Under the pieces are notes generated by a model that saw nothing but the letters and a program-made list of their open reading frames with translations, had not been told where the DNA came from and made no database searches. Positions 7,683-16,663 of a stretch of 50,395 bases of DNA are shown in pieces (within the stretch, counting starts at the first letter, position 1; every line of letters begins with the position of its first letter). Location: assembly GCA_030608465.1 (NCBI GenBank), contig JAUWEC010000002.1:1-50395 (forward strand). The letters run 5' to 3'. Both the position numbers and the translations under genes were made by a program. The stretch comes from Chloroflexota bacterium (GTDB lineage Bacteria > Chloroflexota > Anaerolineae > Anaerolineales > UBA11858).

Positions 7683-9815
7683 ATGTCCAACACTAAAGAC
7701 GTTGCCTATTTCCTGCGTATCCCGTTGAACAAAGTGGATGCAGCTGTAAAGCTGCTGGATGACGGCAATACCATCCCCTTCATTACCCGCTACCGGAAAG
7801 AAGCCACTGGCGGATTGGATGAGGAGCAGCTGCGGAAAATTGAAGAAAATATTGCACGGACCCGATCCCTGCAGGAACGGAGAGAAACCATCATTAGGGG
7901 CATTCGAGGGCAGGGCAAACTCACCCCAAAAATAGAGGACAATATCCAATCAGCCTCTACACGCACAGAGTTGGAAGATCTTTATCAACCCTATAAACCC
8001 AAACGTAAAACCAGGGCTGGCACAGCCCGGAAGAATGGATTGGAAGGATTGTCTGATCTGATCCTGAAGCAGCCGGCAATCAACCAGACACTAGAAGAAG
8101 CAGCCAAACCTTTTTTATCTGCCCAGGTGAAGACCCTCGAGCAGGCCTGGCAGGGAGCCAGGGATATCGCTGCTGAAACCATAAGTGATCACCCTGAGAC
8201 AAGGAAGGTTGTCCGCAAGAAAGCCCTAAGTATATGTGCATTAACTACGGAAAAGAAAGCGGATACCGAGGACCACAAACAGGTATATCAGGATTACTAC
8301 GATTTCGAATACCGGGTTGACCGGCTGCGTCCCCACCAAATCCTGGCCATTAACCGCGCGGAAAACGAAGGAGTGTTGAAGGTAACACTCTCCCTGCCTG
8401 AACAAATCTGGCAGAAGGTGATCTCGGAGCACTTTCCACAGAACCCCTCCTCCCCATTTTCCGGGCAATTATCAAAAACGATAGATGATGCCGCGAAAAG
8501 ATTGCTCCTACCGGCAATTTATAGAGATGTCCGCCGGACACTGACAGAAAAAGCAGAAGAGCATGCTGTACAGATCTTTGCTAAAAATCTTCGTGCCCTG
8601 CTGCTCCAGCCACCCTTGGCCGGACATACTGTTCTGGGTTTGGACCCCGGTTACCGAACAGGTTGCAAAGTTGCCGTGATTGACCCGACTGGAAAACCTC
8701 TCCAGACGGGGACAATTTACCCCGTCCCTCCCCGCAGCCAAATAGAAAAAGCCAGAGAATTCCTGAAAGAGCTCATCCAAAAGTATGGTGTAACATTGAT
8801 TGCCATAGGCAATGGGACCGGTTCCAGGGAGACGGAGAGTTTTACGGCAGGATTGATAAAAGAGGTGGGCGATTTGAAATATTTGATCGTTAACGAAGCC
8901 GGCGCCAGCGTATACAGCGCCAGTAAATTAGCAAGACGAGAACTGCCGGACATGGATGTCAGTTTACGTGGTGCAGTTTCCATTGCCCGCCGTGTTCAGG
9001 ATCCGCTGGCAGAATATGTGAAAATTGAGCCCAAATCCCTTGGCGTTGGCATGTATCAGCATGATCTAAACCAGGCTAAATTAAAGCGGAAATTAACTGA
9101 CGTTGTGGAGAGTGTGGTCAACCAGGTGGGAGTGGAGCTCAATACCGCCTCCCCTGCCTTGCTCGCCCATATTTCAGGCATTGGACCTGGGCTTGCGGAG
9201 CGAATTGTTTCCTATCGGGATGATATAGGATTGTTTTCCAGGCGGGATGAATTACTGGATGTACCCGGAATGGGAGAAAAGACCTACCAGCAGGCTGCAG
9301 GTTTTCTGCGTATCCGGGAAGGTGTAAATCCTATCGATGATACCGCGATCCACCCGGAAAGTTATCCAGCAGCTTTAGCTGTGCTGGACCTGGCAGGCAT
9401 TCAAGCAAAAGAAAAACCAGAAACTCGGCAGACAGCCCTGGTAAAGTTAAGCCAGGAAAAATCCGCAGAAGATTTAGCTTTAGATCTTCAGATTGGAATT
9501 CCAACTCTGTTTGACATCTTTAAACAGCTCGCTCAACCTGGGCGTGATCCAAGGCAAGAACTGCCGAAACCATTCCTGCGGGTTGATGTGCTGACCATGG
9601 ATGATTTGGTTCAGGGGATGGAATTGCAGGGTACAGTACAGAATGTAGTGGAGTTCGGCGCCTTTGTTGATCTGGGAGTGAAACAGGACGGTTTACTTCA
9701 CCGTACGCAAATCCCGGTTGGGCTGGACCTCAACCTGGGGGATATTATCCGTGTGACCATCCGTAATATAGATAAGGAACGGGGCAGGATCAGCCTGGGA
9801 TGGGCGGGGGACTGA
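7683..9815 (+). CDS. tex: Transcription accessory protein Tex (S1 RNA-binding domain protein)
   Basis: 710 aa. Tex N-terminal region (IPFITRYRKEATGGLDEEQL), YqgF-like core, HhH region and C-terminal S1 domain (LQGTVQNVVEFGAFVDLGVKQDGLLH). Confidence 0.9.
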   Translation: MSNTKDVAYFLRIPLNKVDAAVKLLDDGNTIPFITRYRKEATGGLDEEQLRKIEENIARTRSLQERRETIIRGIRGQGKLTPKIEDNIQSASTRTELEDLYQPYKPKRKTRAGTARKNGLEGLSDLILKQPAINQTLEEAAKPFLSAQVKTLEQAWQGARDIAAETISDHPETRKVVRKKALSICALTTEKKADTEDHKQVYQDYYDFEYRVDRLRPHQILAINRAENEGVLKVTLSLPEQIWQKVISEHFPQNPSSPFSGQLSKTIDDAAKRLLLPAIYRDVRRTLTEKAEEHAVQIFAKNLRALLLQPPLAGHTVLGLDPGYRTGCKVAVIDPTGKPLQTGTIYPVPPRSQIEKAREFLKELIQKYGVTLIAIGNGTGSRETESFTAGLIKEVGDLKYLIVNEAGASVYSASKLARRELPDMDVSLRGAVSIARRVQDPLAEYVKIEPKSLGVGMYQHDLNQAKLKRKLTDVVESVVNQVGVELNTASPALLAHISGIGPGLAERIVSYRDDIGLFSRRDELLDVPGMGEKTYQQAAGFLRIREGVNPIDDTAIHPESYPAALAVLDLAGIQAKEKPETRQTALVKLSQEKSAEDLALDLQIGIPTLFDIFKQLAQPGRDPRQELPKPFLRVDVLTMDDLVQGMELQGTVQNVVEFGAFVDLGVKQDGLLHRTQIPVGLDLNLGDIIRVTIRNIDKERGRISLGWAGD

Positions 9816-10078
9816 AATCAGCTAACCCTACAACCCGGGATGGTTATCTTGTTCAACAGGTGCTGGATGCCAGCTACCGTTCTGCCCGGAAAGAAACCCG
9901 GGTAGACCTGCCTGATTGGACTGGATAATTTTTCACTTTCATTTAAGGCTGTTATTGAATCTAAGCTGTCTAGTTAATAAGTTCTCCTCCAAAAATATAG
10001 GCAACTATTCAATCTTATCGCTGGTTAAATTAATCCTCGCAGTTCAGCGGATTTGACTTGCGAGGGGTACCCGGAAAT

Positions 10079-10125
10079 AAACTCCGCCTACTGGGATAGG
10101 TCCCCAGCAGGCGGAGTTTAGTTTT
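10079..10125 (+). terminator. Rho-independent terminator-like hairpin between convergent tex and lpdA
   Basis: AAACTCCGCCTACTGGG (10079-10095) pairs with CCCAGCAGGCGGAGTTT (10103-10119) with one G-U pair. It is followed by TAGTTTT. The U tract is weaker in the minus direction. Confidence 0.6.
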
Positions 10126-10170
10126 GGTAACTTTCAGGTTCAGTTCCATGAGCTAATTATTGATGATCCC

Positions 10171-11565
10171 CTAGCCATGTATGGCTAGGCCGGTCACTGC
10201 TTTGGCGGCTTCGTGCAGTACCTCACTCAGAGTGGGGTGAGCATGAACATTGTGTCCGATTTCGGACACCGTGAGTTCCATTTGTTGTGCTAGCGTCAAT
10301 TCGGGGAGCAATTCTGTCACTTCAGGGCCAATCATGTGGGCTCCCAGGATTTTCCCATACTTTTTATCAACAATTAATTTTACCCAGCCCCCGTATTCAT
10401 TCATCCCCAGAGCTTTCCCGTTGGCCTGGAAATTAAATCGGCCCACGGCAACCTCATATCCCGCTTCCTCTGCCCCCTGCTGGGTTAAACCAAAGGAAGC
10501 AACCTGAGGATGGCAGTAGGTTGCCCGGGGCATATTCTGGTAATTGATCTCAGAAGAAGGTACACCGGCTATATGTTCGGCACAGATCATTCCCATCGCC
10601 ATTCCGACATGAGCCAGCATCAATTTTCCAGTCACATCACCTATGGCCCAGATACCGGGCACATTGGTTGCCATGGACCCGTCAATTTGGATGAATCCGC
10701 CTCGGTCTACCTTTACCCCCGCTTTATCCAAACCCAGATCCTGGCTGTTGGGGACGAAACTGGTTGCCAGTAGAACCTGGTCAGCCGAGATTTTTTCCTC
10801 TCCATCAGGTGTTTCCACCACTATATTCACTTTGGTCTTTAGTGTTTCAATCTTGGTTACTTTAGTCTTGACCAGGGTGGTTATGCCTTGTTTGTTAATC
10901 GCCTTTTGCAGCGCAGTGCTGATTTCCTCGTCTTCATTCGGCACAATCCGGTCAAGCATTTCCACGACAGTCACAGGAACCCCATAGCTATTCCAGATGG
11001 TAGCGAATTCCATTCCGATGGCACCGGCTCCGACAATCAGGGCAGATTTGGGAAGAAAGTCCTGCAAAATGGCTTCTTTATAGGTAAGAACCTGTTTGCC
11101 GTCAATTTTTATACCGGGGATGATAAAAGGTCGGGCTCCAGTGGCAATGATGATGTTACCCGCTTGAAGATCCTCTGTGCCATTTTCACCCTTGACCTGG
11201 ATTGTGTTTTGGGAGGTGAAAATTGCGCTGCCTATATAGAGAGTGATTTTGTTTTTCCGCAAAAGAAAATCCACACCCTTGGTCAGTCGTTTCGATACCT
11301 GACGACTGCGTTTAACCGCAGCGCTGTAGTCGAGTTTTAGATTGTCAAAAGAGATGCCAAAAGCCTTCGCCTGATTCCTGAGCACATAGGCCAACTCGGC
11401 ATTTTTAAGCAGGCTTTTGGAGGGGATGCAGCCGACGTTAAGACATACGCCGCCTAAAAATTCCTTCTCTACAATCGCAACTTTCTGCCCAAGTTGGGCA
11501 GCCCGGATAGCCCCTACATACCCGGCAGGGCCTGCGCCAATAACGATCAAATCAAATTTACCCAT
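10171..11565 (-). CDS. lpdA: Dihydrolipoyl dehydrogenase (E3)
   Basis: FAD motif DLIVIGAGPAGY, redox-active disulfide GGVCLNVGCIPSK and C-terminal HAHPTLSE. Start set at ATG 11565, preceded by GGAAGAGG; the track start is 11604. Confidence 0.9.
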   Translation of the reverse strand: MGKFDLIVIGAGPAGYVGAIRAAQLGQKVAIVEKEFLGGVCLNVGCIPSKSLLKNAELAYVLRNQAKAFGISFDNLKLDYSAAVKRSRQVSKRLTKGVDFLLRKNKITLYIGSAIFTSQNTIQVKGENGTEDLQAGNIIIATGARPFIIPGIKIDGKQVLTYKEAILQDFLPKSALIVGAGAIGMEFATIWNSYGVPVTVVEMLDRIVPNEDEEISTALQKAINKQGITTLVKTKVTKIETLKTKVNIVVETPDGEEKISADQVLLATSFVPNSQDLGLDKAGVKVDRGGFIQIDGSMATNVPGIWAIGDVTGKLMLAHVGMAMGMICAEHIAGVPSSEINYQNMPRATYCHPQVASFGLTQQGAEEAGYEVAVGRFNFQANGKALGMNEYGGWVKLIVDKKYGKILGAHMIGPEVTELLPELTLAQQMELTVSEIGHNVHAHPTLSEVLHEAAKAVTGLAIHG

Positions 11566-11751
11566 GGTTTTCCTCTTCCTGATATTTTCTAAATTATTCC
11601 TCATAGGGGAACATATGCCCCCATTGTTCCCGGACCGAATCCAGTGTTTTCATGATGCTCAGGGTCTCATCCAGCGGCATAATATCCGACTCGGTTTTCC
11701 CCTTTTTGATGCAGTTCATTACTTCCATGACCTCATATTTATACTCATTAT

Positions 11752-12363
11752 ATCCAATTTACTATTCGCGTTGATATGACTAATTTCATCAATGCGCGGA
11801 ATGACTATAATGAATTAGCCCAGAAATGGGAAGACGAGAAAGTATCTTTTACTGCCATGCTGGTAAAATTGGTGTCGATGGTTTTAGTAGAGCATCCCTG
11901 GTTAAACAATTCGCTCATTGATGATAAAATCATCCTTCATAAGGATATTAACATCGGGATTGCGGTAGCCTTGGAAAAAGGATTAATTGTTCCTGTGGTC
12001 AAAAACGCAGGTCAAAAAGGCATTAATTTGATTGCTGCCGAAACCGATGATCTCATTACCAGGGCCAGAGAGGAAAACCTGAACAGCGCGGATGTCAAGG
12101 GAGGAACATTTACAATAACCAACCTTGGACCTTTTGGAGTGGAACAATTTAATGCCATCATTAATCCACCGGAATCATGTATCCTGGCTGAAGTATCCAC
12201 AACATCTGAAATTGTAGCTTTACCGGGTGGCGCGATTGACACCAGACCGCTTATGAGGTTGACATTATCAGCAGATCACAGAATTGTTGATGGTGCTGTA
12301 GCGGCCAAATTTATTGGTGATTTAAAAACTACTTTAGATAATCCGATTTTGATGAATTATTAA
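11752..12363 (+). pseudogene. 5'-truncated dihydrolipoamide acyltransferase (E2): catalytic-domain fragment only
   Basis: Reads IQFTIRVDMTNFINARN...TITNLGPFG...LTLSADHRIVDGAVAAKF...DNPILMNY. This is the C-terminal roughly 200 aa of a 2-oxoacid dehydrogenase E2, including the DHRxxDG active site. The lipoyl and E3-binding domains are absent. The frame opens only at 11731. The internal ATG at 11776 has no SD. Confidence 0.7.
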
Positions 12364-12375
12364 GGTGGAGAACTT

Positions 12376-12645
12376 ATGCCAGAAGTTACTGTAACTATAA
12401 ATCACGATGTAGGTCTTCATGCCCGACCTGCATCCATGTTTGTCCAGACAGCCGCAAAATACTCAAGTGATATCGAAGTCACTCATGGCGAGACCACAGC
12501 CAATGCAAAAAGCATTTTGGGTATTCTTGCCCTTGGCGCTCATAAAGATGCGGAAATTACCATCAAGGCCGAGGGAGAAGATGCCGATGAGGCGCTAAAA
12601 GCTTTGGAACAGCTGGTGTTGGATAATTTTGGGGAGAACGAATGA
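12376..12645 (+). CDS. ptsH: Phosphocarrier protein HPr
   Basis: 89 aa. His-15 site GLHARPA and Ser-46 region AKSILGIL. AAGGTGGAG RBS at 12362-12370. Confidence 0.9.
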   Translation: MPEVTVTINHDVGLHARPASMFVQTAAKYSSDIEVTHGETTANAKSILGILALGAHKDAEITIKAEGEDADEALKALEQLVLDNFGENE

Positions 12646-14369
12646 AATCCATTTCGGGCATTCCTGCTTCCTATGGTATTGCAATCGGCCCTGCATTTGT
12701 ATTTGACCGGGCTGAGATCGTCATTGAGACCTATTCGATAAAAGATCCTGCTGCAGAGTGGAAACGGTTTGAAGAAGCCCGAAAAAAAACCCACCTTCAG
12801 CTAGATGAAGTATATCTGAAAACCGTAGAAGAAAGTGGTGAAGAAACAGCTGAAATCTTCAATGCCCAGAAATTAATGCTCGAGGATCCTGAATTAATCA
12901 AATCAATTAAAACCAGGGTTGAAAAAGATCTTACTAATATTGAATCGGCTTTATACGAAACAGCTGAAAGTTATGCCCAACAGCTGGAAGCCATCGATGA
13001 CGAATATCTCAGTGCACGGGCGCTGGATATCCGGGATGTGTCGTCACGCTGTCTGAGGAATTTACTGGGAACAACCGATTCTCCTGCTGATGGATTAAAA
13101 ACGCCTTCGGTGATTGTAGCAAAAGATCTAACTCCCTCGGATACAGTCCTGCTCAACAAAGATTTTGTTCTGGGATTTTGTACCGCGGAAGGTGGATCAA
13201 CTTCCCATACAGCAATCTTGGCCAGAGGATTGGGTATCCCTGCGGTTGTTGGAGCAGGAACCGAAATTGAAGATATTCAGAACGGTGAAGATTTGGTGAT
13301 AGACGGTGACGCGGGTGAAATTGTTATCAACCCCGATCCGGATGCGCTGAAAGAATTCAGAAATAGACAGGAAAAGTTTTATAAGATCAAGGCTGAGGCC
13401 GAGGATGTCACCCATCAACCTGCTGTTACAACGGACGGTCATCAAGTGGAAATTGTTGCCAACATTGGGAATGTGGAGGGCGTACAGGCCGCTCTTGATG
13501 CCGGAGCTGAAGGCGTGGGATTGTTGCGCTCAGAATTCTTATATCTGGAAAGATCCAGTCTGCCGTCAGAAGAGGAACAATACCAGAAATACAAAACGAT
13601 TGCCGACGCATTTGGAGATAAACCAGTAATTTTGCGTACGCTGGATGTAGGGGGAGACAAGGATATTCCTTATATCGATATGCCTCGGGAGGCAAATCCC
13701 TTCCTGGGCGTAAGAGCAATCCGGCTTTGTTTGTCCCGTCCCGAGTTGTTCAAACCTCAATTACGGGCGGCATTAAGAGCAGGACATGGGAACAACCTGA
13801 AATTGATGTTTCCCATGGTTGCCACTGTAGATGATGTAATTAAAACCAAGGAAGTTCTGGAAGAGTGCCGGGATGAGTTGAAAAAAGAAGGATACGATGT
13901 GGCAGAAGAAATGGATATTGGTATTATGATTGAGATTCCTTCCGCAGCGATTATGGCTGATCAATTGTCAGAAGTTGTAGATTTCTTTTCGATTGGAACC
14001 AACGATCTAAGCCAGTATACTTTAGCGGCGGACCGAACCAATGCCCAGGTTGCTCAGAGCGCATCCGGTTTCCAACCCGCCGTCTTCCGCTTGATCAAAG
14101 GGGTGATAGACGCAGCCCATGCTAACGGTAAATGGGTTGGATTGTGCGGAGAGATGGCTGGCGAGCTGTTGGCCATTCCTATATTGCTGGGACTGGGACT
14201 GGATGAGTTCAGCATGAATCCCCCTGCCATCCCCTTTGCAAAACAGCTGATTCGCGCGATATCTTTTGAGCACGCTCAACAGGTTGCTCAAACAGCCTTA
14301 AATCTAAAAAGCGACACTGAAATTCGGGAATATATCCAGATAGAGGTCCCGGAAGTGAATCTAGGGTAA
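12642..14369 (+). CDS. ptsI: Phosphoenolpyruvate-protein phosphotransferase (PTS enzyme I)
   Basis: 575 aa. Phospho-His loop GGSTSHTAILARGLGIPAVVG and C-terminal PEP-utilising barrel (FFSIGTNDLSQY). ATGA overlap with the ptsH stop. Confidence 0.92.
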   Translation: MKSISGIPASYGIAIGPAFVFDRAEIVIETYSIKDPAAEWKRFEEARKKTHLQLDEVYLKTVEESGEETAEIFNAQKLMLEDPELIKSIKTRVEKDLTNIESALYETAESYAQQLEAIDDEYLSARALDIRDVSSRCLRNLLGTTDSPADGLKTPSVIVAKDLTPSDTVLLNKDFVLGFCTAEGGSTSHTAILARGLGIPAVVGAGTEIEDIQNGEDLVIDGDAGEIVINPDPDALKEFRNRQEKFYKIKAEAEDVTHQPAVTTDGHQVEIVANIGNVEGVQAALDAGAEGVGLLRSEFLYLERSSLPSEEEQYQKYKTIADAFGDKPVILRTLDVGGDKDIPYIDMPREANPFLGVRAIRLCLSRPELFKPQLRAALRAGHGNNLKLMFPMVATVDDVIKTKEVLEECRDELKKEGYDVAEEMDIGIMIEIPSAAIMADQLSEVVDFFSIGTNDLSQYTLAADRTNAQVAQSASGFQPAVFRLIKGVIDAAHANGKWVGLCGEMAGELLAIPILLGLGLDEFSMNPPAIPFAKQLIRAISFEHAQQVAQTALNLKSDTEIREYIQIEVPEVNLG

Positions 14370-14376
14370 GTGGTCC

Positions 14377-15228
14377 ATGCAATTATTTCCTGAGTGCTAC
14401 GGCTGCCTTGTACGGCAGGCGGTGTCTGCCATGAATTCCGCTGGGGTAGACCAGATAACACAAATCAATACCATAAAAGAAGTACTGCGTACTCTTGAGA
14501 AAGCAGACGATTCGCTTACTCCATCTAACCTTGCCGGTCAAACGAACCAGGTAATAAGAGAGATAGTTGGGATTGATGATCTTTACAAAGACATTAAACG
14601 TAAAAGCCACCTCATGGCTGAGGAATATCTGGAGGATTTGATAGACTTATCAAAAGAGGGCAACGACAAACTCGAGCAGGGATTAAAGATAAGCGCGGCA
14701 GGGAATATTATTGATGTTATTCACGCAAATGATTATGATCTCTGGGATGAAGTAATAACTACTGTAAACCAGGAGCTGCTAGGCGGGGGAGTAGAAGCTT
14801 TCCGGCAACGAATCAACGAATCACCTTATTTGTTATATTTGGCGGACAATGTGGGAGAAACGGTATTCGACCGGGTATTTATTGAAACCTTGGATATACC
14901 GGTGATCTACGCAGTTAAAGGGGGTCCAATACTAAATGATGCGACCCGAGAAGATGCCTTGGCGGCCGGAATTGAGCAAATAGCTGAGATTGTAGAGACG
15001 GGTTCCCGAGCGCCCGGTACAATCCTCAGTCAATGTTCAGAAGAATTTCAACATTTATACGAGGGGTCTAATTTGATCCTGGCAAAAGGGCAGGCAAATT
15101 ATGAAACGCTGGACGATAAGGGGGACAAAATATTTTTCTTGTTACGGGTGAAGTGCCCCATTCTTAGCCGGGAGATAGACACTCCCCTTGGCAATCTGGT
15201 GCTGAAACAGGGAGCCCCTCTGAAATAA
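14377..15228 (+). CDS. DUF89/ARMT1-like metal-dependent (damage-control) phosphatase family protein
   Basis: 283 aa. N-terminal FPECYGCLVRQ and the KGQANYETL motif are typical of DUF89. Starts 8 nt after the ptsI stop. Confidence 0.65.
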   Translation: MQLFPECYGCLVRQAVSAMNSAGVDQITQINTIKEVLRTLEKADDSLTPSNLAGQTNQVIREIVGIDDLYKDIKRKSHLMAEEYLEDLIDLSKEGNDKLEQGLKISAAGNIIDVIHANDYDLWDEVITTVNQELLGGGVEAFRQRINESPYLLYLADNVGETVFDRVFIETLDIPVIYAVKGGPILNDATREDALAAGIEQIAEIVETGSRAPGTILSQCSEEFQHLYEGSNLILAKGQANYETLDDKGDKIFFLLRVKCPILSREIDTPLGNLVLKQGAPLK

Positions 15229-15265
15229 TCGACTCAGACACTATTCCCCTGCTGTCCAACTCCAA

Positions 15266-16663
15266 CTAAATATCAAATATATCCCCTCGTTCTGGATACT
15301 CTACATCCTGTATGCCTGCTTCATGCAACTTCTCCATCAACGGTTCTGCGCCGCGTGGTTCACCGTGGACCAGGAACACCTTTTTGAGAGTTTCTTGGGT
15401 TGCCAGGGCGTATTCCAACAGCAGCTGCTGTCCGGCATGGGCTGAAAAGCCGTTAATAGTGACCACTTCTGCCCGGCGGTGGTAGGTTTTTCCAAATATT
15501 ATAATTTCCTTTTTCTGCTCAGCCAGCCGCCTGCCCAGCGTGTGGGGAGCCTGCCAGGACACAATTAAAATTGTGTTGCGAGAGTCCTCGATATGATTCT
15601 TCAGGTGATGGAGAATGCGCCCCGTTTCAGCCATTCCCGAGGCAGAGATGACCACATATGGTGGCTTTGTGAAATTTATTTTTTTGGATTCCTCTACTGT
15701 AAGAGTGTATTTTAATCCATCAAAATCCAATGCGGCATGATGTTTATCCTCTGAGATAAAATGCTGAGTCTCCTCATCAAAACATTCCGGGTGCTCTCTG
15801 AAAACCTGTGAGGCGCGAATAGCCAGCGGGCTGTCCACAAAGACCGGAATCTCGGGGATATCCCCTGCTTCAACCATTTTATGTAAGCTATAGACCAGTT
15901 CTTGAGTGCGGCCAACAGCAAAGGAGGGAATTATCACCCTTCCCTTACGGGCTATGACTCGTTGGACAACATCACGAAATTCAAGAAAAGCTACTTCCGG
16001 CTCGCGTTTTTTCTCATCGCCATAAGTGGATTCCATGATCAAGATATCCGTATTGTCAGGAAGAATCGGATCGCTGATTAGCTGCAATCCGGGTCGACCG
16101 ATATCTCCGGAGAACCATAATCGGGAAGTTTTTCCCTCCTCCGTAATATCCAGGACAACAGCAGCGGATCCTAGAATATGGCCGGCATCAACCAGGTGGA
16201 CAGTTACTCCGGGAACCGGTTCAAAATATTCCTGATAATTGACACACTCAAACAGAGGAGCCACACGAGCAGCATCTTCCTTGGTGTATAGCGGCTCAAT
16301 TAGCGGCTTGCCCTGTTTGAGACGCTTTTTATTGAGATATTCAGCATCTTTTTCATGGATATAACCAGAATCCAGCAGCATGATATTATCCAGATGAGCC
16401 GTTGCGTAGGTGGTGTAAATCGGACCATTGAACCCTTGTTTTACCAGATTGGGCAGGTTGCCGCTGTGATCGATATGCGCGTGGGAAAGGATCACAGCAT
16501 CAATTTCGTCTGGGCGAAAAGGAAAGGACCGGTTGCGCGTGAAGGCTTCTTTTCGGCGGCCCTGGAATAAGCCGCAATCCAGCAGCAATTTATGATCATT
16601 GATTTCCAGCAGATGCATGGAACCGGTAACCGTTCTAGCAGCCCCGTGAAAATGGATTTTCAT
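15266..16663 (-). CDS. MBL-fold beta-CASP RNA-metabolising hydrolase (CPSF73/RNase J-like)
   Basis: 465 aa. N-terminus MKIHFHGAARTVTGSMHLL, metallo-beta-lactamase motif HAHIDHSGNLP and a beta-CASP-type C-terminal half. Confidence 0.8.
   Translation of the reverse strand: MKIHFHGAARTVTGSMHLLEINDHKLLLDCGLFQGRRKEAFTRNRSFPFRPDEIDAVILSHAHIDHSGNLPNLVKQGFNGPIYTTYATAHLDNIMLLDSGYIHEKDAEYLNKKRLKQGKPLIEPLYTKEDAARVAPLFECVNYQEYFEPVPGVTVHLVDAGHILGSAAVVLDITEEGKTSRLWFSGDIGRPGLQLISDPILPDNTDILIMESTYGDEKKREPEVAFLEFRDVVQRVIARKGRVIIPSFAVGRTQELVYSLHKMVEAGDIPEIPVFVDSPLAIRASQVFREHPECFDEETQHFISEDKHHAALDFDGLKYTLTVEESKKINFTKPPYVVISASGMAETGRILHHLKNHIEDSRNTILIVSWQAPHTLGRRLAEQKKEIIIFGKTYHRRAEVVTINGFSAHAGQQLLLEYALATQETLKKVFLVHGEPRGAEPLMEKLHEAGIQDVEYPERGDIFDI

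Noticed and set aside
10170-10189. Perfect inverted repeat CCTAGCCAT-GT-ATGGCTAGG spanning the lpdA stop codon
   Set aside because: It lies within the last codons of lpdA (GLAIHG-stop) with no U tract on either strand. The real terminator-like hairpin lies further on at 10079-10125. It may be coincidental, and I cannot support a function.
11417-11779. 120-aa plus-strand ORF, and other plus-strand ORFs at 10250-11340, overlapping lpdA
   Set aside because: These are antisense shadows of the well-supported lpdA gene. They have no motifs and no RBS.
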